Positions 36,154 to 48,440 of a stretch of DNA of 64,000 nucleotides are shown here, one piece after another. The notes under the pieces were generated by a model. It had not been told where the DNA came from. It ran no database searches and saw nothing but the letters and a program-made list of their open reading frames with translations. Every line of letters begins with the position of its first letter. Position 1 is the first letter of the stretch. The DNA comes from Raja brachyura (taxonomy: Eukaryota). The position numbers and the translations under genes are program-made. The stretch covers positions 79,050,001-79,114,000 of the forward strand of contig OY740783.1 in the NCBI GenBank assembly GCA_963514005.1, given 5' to 3'.

Positions 36154-36697
36154 GTCAAATGCATTTAAAACAAAACGCAATGCTGATGTACTTCCCTTAA
36201 TAATGATCTGGCTTATATTTCATCTTAATGCAAATACAGGATAAAATAGTTTAAATAGGTTTATTGCTTTCCATATATTGGATATATTGTACAAATACAA
36301 TTTATCTGAATGCGTTAGATTAATTGTATTTCCTGACTGTCATACCCAAATAGAACTAGTGTGAACTAAATTCCAACTTCACAGGAATGGAGTTCTGTTC
36401 TTCATAGTGTAAAAATATTATATCTATGATGTGTCTTTAACCTATTGCAGTCTAAGCATAAGCCATACCAACATCTCTCGCAGATGGACAGATGCAAGCT
36501 AATTTTAATACCATATTCAGTCTAAAGCTCTCTTGATTTCAAAGACAGTCATTCTCATCTCAACTCTTTGGCCTATGCATTGCATCAAAGAACTTTATCA
36601 ATCTGTTATACATTGCAGCCATTACATACTGGTGGTGGAGGGAATAAATATTTTAAATGGTAATTGGAGGGTTAATCAAGCAGCTTGTTTTGATGAA

Positions 36698-36788
36698 AGA
36701 CACAAAATGTTGGAATAACTCAGAGGGACAGGCAGCATTTCTAGAGAGGAATGTGTGACGTTTTGGGTTGAGACCCTTCTTCGGACTA
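36698..36788 (-). mobile_element. Penelope terminal fragment (degenerate hammerhead)
   Basis: gacacaaaatgttggaataactcag...gtgacgttttgggttgagacccttcttcggac. Confidence 0.7.
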
Positions 36789-36888
36789 AAGCAGTTTGTT
36801 TAGTCCTGGATGATATTGAGTTGCTTGAGTAAGTGGCAATGATGGTCACCTGCATAAGGCAATGCTTAAAGGAAAGTGGTTCATAGTC

Positions 36889-37018
36889 TGAAGAAGGGTT
36901 TTGGCCTGAAACATTGCCTATTTCCTTCGCTCCATAGATGCTGCTGCACCCCCTGAGTTTCTCCAGCACTTTTGTCTACCTTCGATTTTCCAGCATCTGC
37001 AGTTCCTTCTTAAACACC
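36889..37018 (+). mobile_element. Penelope terminal fragment starting at the hammerhead core
   Basis: (C)TGAAGAAGGGTTTTGGCCTGAAACATT...ctgcagttccttcttaaaca; TSD TGGTTCATAGTC (36877-36888, 37019-37030). Confidence 0.8.
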
Positions 37019-37249
37019 TGGTTCATAGTCAACCATCTTGGTCTTTAGATTTCAATGCAGCAATTCTACAGAGAGGTATCCCCAGCTCAGTCATCAGGTG
37101 TTTCATCAATCAATGACTATCCTCCCATTACACGCTCAGAACTGAGGATATTCACTGGTAAAAAGGCGCTAAGTGCTGGTTCAGTGATGATTGGATGGTG
37201 TTAAATCCATCCACAACTCTATCAGCAAATGAAGCAGGGCACAGCTACA

Positions 37250-37772
37250 TGCAGTAAATTCTGGAAAACATCCTCAGGGACCTTAAATGGGAAGCCACCA
37301 TCGACTCCACAGTCAAAAAGACCCAACAGAGGATTGGTACTTCCTGCAGCAGCTGAGGAAACACAACCTGCCACAGGCGATGATGGTCCAGTTTTACACT
37401 ACCATCATAGAGTCTGTCCTCGCCTTCTCTTTCATGGTTTGGTCTGGCTAAGTCACCAAGAATGAAATCCAGTCTCTGACCCCTCTCACCCTGGCCACAT
37501 CTCTTTAAATCTCTTCCCTCTGGAAGGCGACTCTGGAACGTCAAAGCCGCCACAGCCAGACATAAAAACAGCTTCTTCCTATGAGGAGTACATCTACTCA
37601 ACAGCCAAATGACTGTAGCCTCTTTTTACTCTGGTACTTTTTTTTCACATGTTTAAATTATAATGTTTATTTTTAATTGTCTGCTGTATATCATGTTTTT
37701 ACCATGTGCGAGCAAAGCACCATCAAATTCCTTGTATGTATATATTCTTGGCCAATATATTTATTCTGATTC
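37250..37772 (+). mobile_element. Rex1/Babar LINE 3' fragment
   Basis: Translates in pieces as YFLQQLRKHNLPQAMMVQFYTTIIESVL...; 3' tail ttctgattc. Confidence 0.8.
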
Positions 37773-37799
37773 AAAAGGCATAAATCAGGAGTGTGAAGG

Positions 37800-38258
37800 A
37801 ACACTGTCACTTACTCAAGCAACTCGATATCATCCGGGACTAAACAAACTGTTTGATTACAACTGTCCAATTACTATTCAAAGATTCATTCCCCCCACCA
37901 CCAGTACATACCTGTAATGGCTGCAATGTGTACCATGTTTTAAAGGGTTTGCAGTTACTCACTACACTACATCCAGAGCACTTCCCAAACTCATGACCTC
38001 TGCCGCCAAGGAAGGCAAGTGTAGTTGGAGCAAGGGAACGCCACCAGTAGCAAGTTCCCTTCAATTCACACAACATTCTGACTTGGAAATACATCACCAC
38101 ACTTTTATTATCACCAAATCCAAATCCTGAAGATTCCTTCCCGAAATCTCTTCAGACTACCTTCACCACAAGGACTACGGGGCTTCAAGAGGGCTGCTCC
38201 CCACTACTGTCTGGAGAGCAAAGAACAATAATAATAAAAGCTGGCCATGTCAGTGAAG
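37800..38258 (+). mobile_element. LINE 3' fragment (CR1/L2 group)
   Basis: accaccagtagcaagttccc...cttcaagagggctgctccccac...aataaaagctggcc; second degenerate copy at 5990-6245. Confidence 0.55.
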
Positions 38259-39368
38259 TGAATTAAGATTCATAACTCATTCATACCAGGATTTGCTGCA
38301 AATATAAAATTGCGCTGCAAAAGCTTCTTTGCTTTTTTTTTATTAATACTGGTCTCTGATGGCTGGCAAAAGCATTTCATCCCTTTTTTCATGTCCCAAA
38401 CTATGATTATGTTGGATAACTGGAGGGTTATGTCTTCAAGAGTGAGTATTTGGAGACTTATGATTGCTAGGGTTAATGGAAAGCTTGAGAGCAATAATAG
38501 ATGTGAATAACTACAGGGGAGTAGTTACTCAAAACAGAAGGAGGAGAAATAGAACATACAGTACACAGTGCAATCTTCATTTAGAAATTGGTTCTGTTGA
38601 CTATATCTTCTTGCCATCTAAGTGCTGTTGCTCTTACATTTCAATATAGATTCTGGATCTGACTTTGTATCATTTAGAGATAATAATACAAATATAAAGC
38701 AGTGCATACAAAATATTGCATTACATTATATACAGTGTTCCTTTCATTTTGTGTTTTGTATTCTTGCAAATACATCAAACCTTGAACCCAATTCAGCAGA
38801 TACATTTTATGAACCGTGCGTGCACTCCTCAAAGTGTTGCACAGCACAACATCTAAGTTTTGCGATTATCGATCATTTTGAGCTATCATTGGGCACCATA
38901 ACTGTTATTAGAACAACAGTACAGGATTAGACACATGCGTGCAAGTGGACACTTATGGGGACAGCTATGCTATCTTTCTCAGTTCTGATAAAGACTCTTC
39001 CAAAGAAGCGGACAGTCTGTTTCCAGCATGTCCTGTTTTAGTATGTTCCCGACTTTTGACTTGTGATCCAATCCCCATTCCAGAAACAAGCTGCAACCAA
39101 ATTAGAATCTTACCCAGATGTAGAAGTATACTGGTTATAGAAGGAAGCAACCCAGACATCTCAAGTAAACATACAAGTCAAGATTCAGATCCGCTGGCTC
39201 TGATATTCCTTGCAAAGATGTTAGAATACCATTAACTAACCAAGAATATTAACTAACCAAAGGAAAATCAAAGCAGGCCACTCTGTTTATCTCCAGTCTG
39301 CTCAACATATGGACCACTTAGTAAACCACACTGCAATTTGTATGATATGTACCTGCTGATATCAACTA

Positions 39369-39522
39369 CAGCACAGTGGCACAGCTAGTAGAGCTACTGC
39401 CTCACAGTCACCCAGGTTCATTCCTGACCTCAGATGCTGTCTTTGTGGAGTTTGCACTCTCCCTGTGACAGCATGTCTTCCCACATCCCAAGGACGTGCA
39501 AGTGTGTAGGTTAATTGGACCC
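39369..39522 (+). mobile_element. Partial V-SINE
   Basis: cacagtggcacagctagtagagctactgcctcacag...ggttcattcctgacc head. Confidence 0.7.
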
Positions 39523-39843
39523 ACTACAGTTTGCATATCGTCCGAACAGATCCATGAAGGATGTGGTCTCCCAGGTTCTGCACACTGCTCTCTCACCTTG
39601 ACAGCCAGAAGTGGGGCTATGTGAGGATGGTGTTCATTGACTTTAGTTCAGCCTTCAATACGATAGTCCCTACCAGACTTGCTGAGAAGCTGCTGGAACT
39701 GGGGCTCAACACTCCCCTGTGTGCCTGGGTCCTGGACTTTCTCAACGTCAGGCCACAGGTAGTCAAGATGGGAAGAAATACATTGAACACCCTCACCCTG
39801 AACACAGGATCCACCAGGGTTGCATCCTCAGCCCCCTTCTGTA

Positions 39844-40617
39844 ATAGAATAGAATAGAATAGTTTCTTTATTGTCATCGTAACATGAACCATGTACAACG
39901 AAATTTAAAAATGTCAACCAGTCAGTGCAACATTCAAACCATAAAAGCTAACGATACATACAAGGTAAAATATTAAAAAAGATAAACAATTAAAATAAAT
40001 ATGAAATATGAAAATAGCACGCATTAACACCCAACCCTACATCCTTCTGTCGATTTCACAGTGTACCAACCACAGTCCCTTAGTCCCCGCGTTCCTTGGC
40101 AGCTACATTTAGTGCCTTTATAGCAGTGGGGTAAAAACTGTTTTTAAGTCTGTTTGTCCTTGTCCTTGTAGATCTGTACCGTCTGCCTGACGGCAACAGT
40201 TCAAACAGGGAGTGTCCGGGGTAGGAAATGTCCTTTATAATATTCTGGGATTTTTTGATGCAGCGGGAACTGTGTAAGTCTTCCAAGGTAAGGAGAGGGC
40301 AGCCGGCAATCCTCTGGGCGTTGTCAATGGCCCTCTGGAGCGCTTTCCTCTGAGCCGCTGTGCAGCTGGTGTACCACACGCATACACAGTATGTTAGGAT
40401 GCTCTCAATGGAGCACCGATAAAAGGACAGCAGCAGTCTCTGTGTGATGTTATCCTTCCTGAGCACCCTCAGGAAGTGCAGTCTCTGCTGGACCTTTTTC
40501 AGCAGCACAGAGGTGTTCACGCTCCACGTCAGGTCCTCAATATGGATTCCCAGGAAGCGGAAATCCACCACCCTCTCCACACAGTCCCCTCTGATGATTA
40601 GTGGTACGAGTGCCTGT
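39844..40617 (-). mobile_element. Rex1/Babar LINE 3' end (insert 1)
   Basis: 166-aa ORF 40080-40580 (FRFLGIHI...QRLHFLRVLRK...NRLKNSFYP); (CTATT)n tail. Confidence 0.9.
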
Positions 40618-40780
40618 GTAACCTAATCCCTGTGTAACGAGTAACCTAATCCCTGTGCACACATGACTGTGTGGCCAGGTTCAACTCCAACTCTACAATC
40701 AAGTTTGCTGATGACACTGTGGTGGTGGGCCTGAAGTCCGATAACGATGAGAAAGCCTACTGGGAAGAGGTGGCTGATCT

Positions 40781-42205
40781 CAAGTTCAAGTGAGTTTATT
40801 GACCTGTGCCCCTGATAGCACAATGAAATTCCTGCTTTGCTTCAGCACACAGAACATAGTAGGCATTTACTACAAAATAAATCATTGTGTCCATATATCA
40901 TTATATAAATACAAACACACATGAATATATAAACTGATAAAGTGCAAATAACAGATAATGGGATATTAATGATCAGAGTTTTGTCCGAGCCAGATTTAAT
41001 AGCCTGATGGCTGTGGGGAAGTAGCTATTCCTGAACCTGGTCGTTGCAGTCTTCAAGCTCCTGTACCTTCTACCAGAAGGTAGCAGGGAGATGAGTTTGT
41101 GGCCAGGATGATGTGGGTTCTTGATGATGCTGCCAGCCTTTTTGAGGCAGCAACTGCGATAAATCCCCTCAATGGAAGGAAGGTCAGAGCCGAAGATGGA
41201 CTGGGCAGTGTTTACTACTTTTTGAAGTCTTTACCTCTCCAGGGCGCTCAAGTTGCTGAACCAAGCCACAATGCAACCGGTCAGCATGCTCTCTACCGTG
41301 CACCTGTAGATGTTAGAGAGAGTCCTCCTTGACAAACCGACTCTCCGTAATCCTCTCAGGAAGTAGAGGTGCTGATGTGCTTTCTTGATAATTGCATTAG
41401 TGTTCTTGGACCAGGAAAGATCTTCAGCGATGTGCACTCCCAGGAATTTGAAGCTCTTGACCCTTTCAACCATCGACCCATTTATATAAACAGGACTGTG
41501 GGTCCCCATCCTACGCCTTCCAAAGTCCACAATCAGTTCCTTGGTTTTGCTGTTGTTAAAGGCCAGGTTATTGTGCTGGCACCATATGGACAATTGCTCG
41601 ATCTCTCTTCTATACTCCGACTCATCCCCATCAGTGATGCGTCCCACAACAGTGGTGTCGTTAGCGAACTTGATGATGGAGTTCGCACTGTGATCGGCTA
41701 CGCATTCATGAGTATAGAGTGAGTACAGCAGGGGGCTGAGCATGCAGCCTTGAGGTGCTCCCGTGCTGATTGTTATCGAGTCTGACACATTTCCACCAAT
41801 ACGAACGGACTGTGGTCTGTGAATGAGGAAGTCGAGGATCCAATTGCAGAGGGATGCGCAGAGACCCAGTTCTGCGAGTTGGTAACCAGCTTGGAGGGGA
41901 TGATTGTGTTAAATGCCGAGCTGTAATCAATGAATAACAGCCTGACATATGAGTTTTTTTTGTCCAAGTGGTCCAGAGCGGAGTGGAGTGCCAGTGAGAT
42001 TGCATCCACCGTTGATCTGTTGTGGCGGTCAGCGAACTGCAGTGGGTCCTGGTTTTTGTCAAGGTAGGAGTTGATTTGCTCCAGGATCAACGCACTTTAT
42101 CATCATTAATGGCGTCTCATACCTTGACAAGCGTTAGTGCCACTGGTCGATAGTCATTGAGGCACGTCACCTTACTCTTCTTGGGCACTGGTATAATTGA
42201 TGCAC
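40781..42205 (-). mobile_element. Rex1/Babar LINE RT plus 3' end (insert 2)
   Basis: [52 protein letters not shown]; flanked by GATCT (40776-40780, 42206-42210). Confidence 0.9.
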
Positions 42206-42786
42206 AGATCTGGCACTCTGATGTCAGGACAACAGCCTTCTCTCGAATGTCATAAAAACGAAGGAGCCGATTGTGGACTTTAGATGTGCACAACATCCGA
42301 GGACGTACACGCCACTGGAGATAAATGTGACTACTGTGGGCAGGGTGAGCTGCTTTAAATACCTGGGAGTCCACATCACTAATGCTGCCGCACCGGTGAG
42401 TAAGGCAAGACAGCGCCTTTACCACCTAAGTCAGTTGAGGAAATTCAGAGTCTCTCTGAGGATCCTTCAGTGCTACTCGGGGTCTATAGAAAGTGTCTTG
42501 TCCAGTAACATCAGCCGAATGCACTATGGGAACTACACTTGCCCCCCCTGCAGGAACTATACATCAGAAGGTGCAGATCCAGAGCCAGCCAAATGGCCTG
42601 TTTCAATGCTGTTTATCCCTAAACTACTCATCCTAAATGCCTTCCAATATATTATATATCCTTAGCGTTTCCAATCTCAACAACTTTACCATCTTGAAGG
42701 TGAAGCTTATGTTCTTCCAATAATTGGGTATATTTGGCTAGGACTAATATCTATTGGATTTATAACAATGGAATTTGGATGTGTCA

Positions 42787-42990
42787 TGGTGTGTAGCAAG
42801 GAACTGCAGATGCTGGTTTACACCAAAGATAGATATAATATGCTGGAATAATGCAGCAGGTCAGGCAACATCTCTGGAGAAGAGGAATAGGTGACATTTT
42901 GGGTTGGTCTCAACCCCGAAGCATCACCTATTCCTTTCCTCCAGAGATTCTTCCTCTCACTGAGATATTCTAGCATTTGGTGTCTATCTT
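42787..42990. mobile_element. Fold-back Penelope-terminus-derived element
   Basis: Inverted arms tctctggagaagaggaataggtga / tcacctattcctttcctccagaga; TSD TTTGGATGTGTCA (42774-42786, 42991-43003). Confidence 0.8.
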
Positions 42991-44147
42991 TTTGGATGTG
43001 TCACAATATGTACTCTGTCTCTGAACACAATTAGACTGAAAATACCTAAATGAAGGAAGATTCACATGGAAAGAGAATTAAAGTTCACAGACAACACAGG
43101 TCTTACCAGCCCATTAATCCTATGTCACGTAGGATGGACCTATGGGCCATATGTGTATGGGCCATATCCCATGGGCCAAAGTAAATATGCTTTTCAATGT
43201 ATTCACCAACCACTCTATCCATAACCCATGTTTCTTTAAAGGAGGAGATAAAATATATGTCAAATTATTTGCATTGTGTCATTCAATAAACTACGAAGTA
43301 CAATAAAAACATCCAACAGTTTTTTGCACCACAACACAATAAAACCACACATCCTTACACTATCTTGGACAAAACTATTTTCATGCAAACAGATTCCAAG
43401 CTGTCAGGTTGCAGTTACACTTTTCATGTTGCTTGGGTTCATTTGGTCATGCCAAAGCCGCCTCTTTTTTAGTTTGATTTGCACTCTCTGCTGAGAAAGA
43501 ATAAAACAAAAAGTAGGTTTCTTGCTGCGACTGCATGGAGCAGAATATCCCATGGCCCTCTCGTTTTTAACTAGTCACTCCATTTCATTGACAATTCCAT
43601 GATCATTACAGGAGATCAAGACAGTTTCTGCTGAAGTGGCAGGTAAATGTCATAGGACAGGTGTAATAGGCCCATCTATATTTACAAAGGGCCATTTCTG
43701 AAATATCACCAGCTTTCTAAAACACCTGGGCAGTGACTTTTTTTTAAATGGCAACATTTGAGAATTCTTTACTCAGTGGTGAAGTATCTTTACTCAAATT
43801 TTAAAGATGATTATAGCTGGCCCACAGCTAAACAGTGAATTTACCCATGAGTGTCCCAAGGGTCGGTACATTGATGAACCTATGAGACACAACAAGAGAT
43901 CATTAAGCAGATTACCCTTCTGCATTGCATCCCATATCTCAGCACAAGGATGGCAATTTTTTTTCTAAGGCACATAGGTCAATGAGAAGGATCTGTAAAG
44001 ACAGAGGCCTAGTAACCCTTCCTGTCTTCCCCAAGGACCAGTTGTTAATCCTAGATTTACTATTGTCTTGAATATAAAATTCACCAGTTATTGTGAGTAG
44101 CATTCAAATTATGTCTCTGGATACTAATCCACCAATTTAAACAGAGA

Positions 44148-44690
44148 AGACACAAGTGCTGCAGTAACTCAATGGGCCAGGCAGCATCTCAGGACAACAT
44201 GGATAGGTGACGTTTTGGGGATGGGCCCTTCTTCAGACTGATTGTAGGAGGGGGTGGAAGAAAGCTGAAAGAGAGGAAGGGGGTGACAAACCTGGCAGGT
44301 AATAGGTTGATACAAATAAGGAGGGTTTTGATAGGCAGTTGGTTTGACAAAAGCTGAGATTAAAAGACAGAAGGATCGAAGAGTATTGAATTGTGAAACT
44401 ACAGGTGGAAAGTATGTGGAAGGGGGGAGGGGAGAACTAGGTCATTCAGGTGGGGCATCCGGTGGTGAGGGGAAAGAGGGATGGGGTATATGGGGAAGAA
44501 AAAGAGGATGATTATGTTGTTACCTCAAATTGGAGAATTCAATGTTCATTCTGTTGAGATGTAAGCTGCTCGTGGAACATTGCGTGATGTTCCTCCAGTT
44601 TGTGCGTGGCCTCAGCCTGCCAAAGGAGGAGGCCCAGGACAGAAAGATCAGTACGGGAAAGGGAGGTGGAAATCGGGATAGAGGAATGGG
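44148..44690 (-). mobile_element. Penelope-like element 3' region (GIY-YIG C-terminus and terminal repeat)
   Basis: Hammerhead-like motif near 44208-44236; reverse-strand ...KLEEHH...MNIEFSN-type ending; continues after the L1 at 50704. Confidence 0.75.
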
Positions 44691-47600
44691 AAAAGGAGAA
44701 ATATTAAATATTAATTATGAATTAACTAACATATAGGCAAATGAAAAGTGTGATTGCTGACGTGGTACTTTAATCCATAATAACTCAATTTTATTTTATT
44801 TTAAATCTTCTGCTTTTCCTTTATTTTATTTTAAATTTTGTGGCTATTAATCAAACTGACATGATAATTTTTGTTATAAGTGGAGGAAACCGACTAACGT
44901 TGGATGATACTTTACTATGGGGGCAAAGCCCAGTGCATAATTCCATCGACGGAGGTCAATTAAAATTAGCCACCATAGGTGGCTTTTTTGTAAGATATTG
45001 CTTTTTTGATAACTTACACTCACTTTTTTAATTTATTCACTATTATGAGTTGTATGATTTAACAACCTTTATAAACACTTCATTTTATGTTTTTCTCTTT
45101 CCCTTAATTATGTTTAATAGTGTCAGGAGATGTAAATCTAGTGCAGAAATTATGAAGAACAACCCTGGACTCGGGATTTCGAGGTACTTGGCTGCATCAC
45201 ATGAATCATACATTCTGGTAATCATAGCCAATGCTAGATAATAGTCGAATAAACACCGGAGGTTTCACTTTCTGTAGTTGGAACATTAGAGGTGCGAATG
45301 AGCCAATTAAGAGGGGTAAAATTCTGGCACAATTAAAATCATTAAACATAGACATTGCTTCTCTACAAGAAACGCATTTGGAACAACAAGCTCAGTTCAG
45401 ATTAAGGGCAGATTGGATAGGTCAAATTTACTACTCCGCATTCACTTCTAAAGCAAGAGGCACGGCCATTATAATTCGGAAAGGTATACCTTTTAAATTA
45501 AAGAAGTCTATATCTGATAAAGAGGGAAGATACGAAGATAGTCACGTGAGAAATTTATGATACACCATTAACTATGATAAATATTTATGCGCCTAATTTT
45601 GATAACCCCCAATTTTTTAAGAAATTGCAGATTTTAATTGCAGAGCATAATTATCAAAACATAATAATGGGGGGAGATTTCAATTGTGTTATAGACCCAT
45701 ATTTAGATAAATCAATAAAGGTAGGGAAGTGTCTTGTTAAAACTAAGACCTGTGAATACTTAAATACTTATATAAAAATAATAGCATAACTGTTGTTTGG
45801 AGAATAGCAAACCCAATTGGAAGGGAATATTCGTTTTACTCATTGGTTCATAAAACGTACTCACGAAATGACTATTTCTTATTAAATACAAAATTAATCC
45901 CGTATACGATTAAACCATCATACCATAATAGCATTCATTCACAACTACATTTATACTTAAAATCGAGGGAATGCTGGATATAAAACCTTTTTGGAGATTC
46001 AATGCACAAATATTAAATAACCCGCAGGGTTATGAGTATATAAAAGAAAAAACAAAATTTTTTTTCGAGATAAATGAGACACCGGGTATTTCTGTATCGC
46101 TATTATGGGAAACCTTTAAGGCATACATCCGCGGTGCTATAATCTTTTATCAAAGTTTTCAAAGTAAAGAAAATAAAAGAGAACTTCATAGGATTGAACA
46201 GGAAATAAAATTACTAGAACTGAACAATGCAAATGACCCAACCATTGATAAACATAATAAGGTAACTTTATTGAAATATAAACTCAATAGAATATTATCG
46301 GCAAGAGTAATAAGACTATTCCAAATTACAAAACAGGCACACTTCGAATTTGGGGATAAGCCACATAAATTATTAGCGAGGCAACTGAAGCAACAAGAAA
46401 AGGAAAATACTATCACTAAAATTAAATCTGATAAGGGCGAGCTTCTAACACTACCAAAGGATATTAATAATAGGTTTGCCCAATTTTATCATAATTTATA
46501 CACAACTAAAATAAATACAGATGATAGTAAAATTACAATTTTTTTTAGATAATTGCAACCTCCCTAAATTGGATAGTTTAGAACAAGAGGAATTAGGAGC
46601 ACGGATTACTAGTGAAGAAATAAAACAAACAATAAACTCATTGAAAAATGGGAAGACTCCAGGACCAGATGGTTTTAGCAATGAATTTTATAAACAATTT
46701 CAGGAGTAAATTGTCCCAAGATTATTCAACTTATACACGCAGGCTTATATCGAAAATAAATACCAGAAACTTTAGCAGAATCAACAATAACGCTTATACA
46801 AAAAAAAGATAAGGACTTAGAGGAACCGGGTTCTTATAGAGCTATATCACTTCTAAACATGGATCAGAACATTTTAGCAAAGATTCTAGCAAGAAGACTG
46901 AATAATTATATTAACAAATTGGTAAACCCGGATCAAATGGTATTTATACCCAAAAGACAATCATTTAATAAATTGAGAAGGCTTTTCAATATAATGTACT
47001 CTCACAAAGAGGACATTGAAGATATTTCAGTCGTTACATTGGATGCAGAGAATGCATTTGATCAGGTAGAATGGCAGTATTTATATAAGGTACTCCAAAA
47101 ATGTAATACGGGAGAGAATTTTATTAGATGGGTTAAATTACTTTATGATAAACCTACGGTAAGAATATTAACTAATAATATGTTATCTCCAAAAAATTTT
47201 TTATCAAGGGGTAATAGGCAGGGATGTGCCTTTTCGCCATTGCTATTTGCCCTTATGATAGAACCGCTGGTTGAAAGGATTAGAAATCATCCGAATATTC
47301 ACGGATATAATACTAAGGACTCAAAGAATAACATTTCATTATATGCTGATGATATTCTTTTATATATTACTAATACACAAACGAGTATCCCCACCTTATT
47401 AACACTAATCGAGAAATTTGGTTATTTTTCAGGATATAGAATAAATTGGAATAAAAGCAAAATTATGCCTTTGAAACCACAGGATGCGAGACACTTATTA
47501 AAATTCCCTTTCAAAATTGCAACAGCAAAATTCAAGTATTTGGGTATTCAAATTACGAGAAGACACAAATCATTATTTAGTGCCAATTTTATGCCATTAT

Positions 47601-48440
47601 TAAATAAACTGAATGTTATGATTACATTTTGGAAAACGCTCCGCTCTCATTGATAGGTAGAATTAACGCTATAAAAATGACTTTCTTACCACAATTAATA
47701 TATTTATTTCAAGCGATCCCAATATATATAGCAAAAATATTTTTTCAAAAAACTAGATTCTAATATCACTAATTTTATATGGGATTATAGAGCACACAGA
47801 ATTCAACAAAAGCATCTGTGTAAACCTAAAGAAGTTGGGGGTTTATCATTACCTAACTTTATGTAATACTACTGGGCAGTGCATATAAATAACATAATGT
47901 ACTGGTTGGATAGTTCCACCAACCAGTTGGAGTGGATAAGAATGGAGAAAGAGGAGTGTTTCCCGTATGATATAGGAATGATCTTGTTCTCACCGATAAA
48001 ATTGAATGGTATAATATATAAGAAGAACCCAATTATTCACAATATAATAAGAATTTGGAAACAAATAAAATTATCCTTGAAATTAAATAATCTATCAGTA
48101 CTAACCCGAATATTGAACTAATGTCATATTTTTATAATAGTATATTAAATAGAGAATTACCCTCAACAGAGGCACTAAGAGAAGATTGGGAACATGAACT
48201 AATGATAAAGATTCCGAAAGATAGATGGAAACAGTATCTGATGAACACACATAATTGTTCCATTAATGCAAGACATAATCTAATTCAATTTAAATTATTA
48301 CAGACTATATTATTCAAAAACAAGGTTGAATAAATTCTACTGAAATGTTTCTCCTAGATGCGATAAATGTTTGTTACAGAATGCCAATATAACACATTCA
48401 TTTGTGGGATGTATAAAGTTGAATAAATTTTGGAGCGATA

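Larger units (their letters stand above)
39524..42600 (+). mobile_element. Rex1/Babar LINE RT region split into three pieces by two insertions
   Basis: [16 protein letters not shown]...QGCILSPLL (to ~39843); HDCVARFNSNSTIKFADDTVVVG...EVADL (40658-40780); resumes DLAL.CQDN...KTKE..VDF at 42206. Confidence 0.85.
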
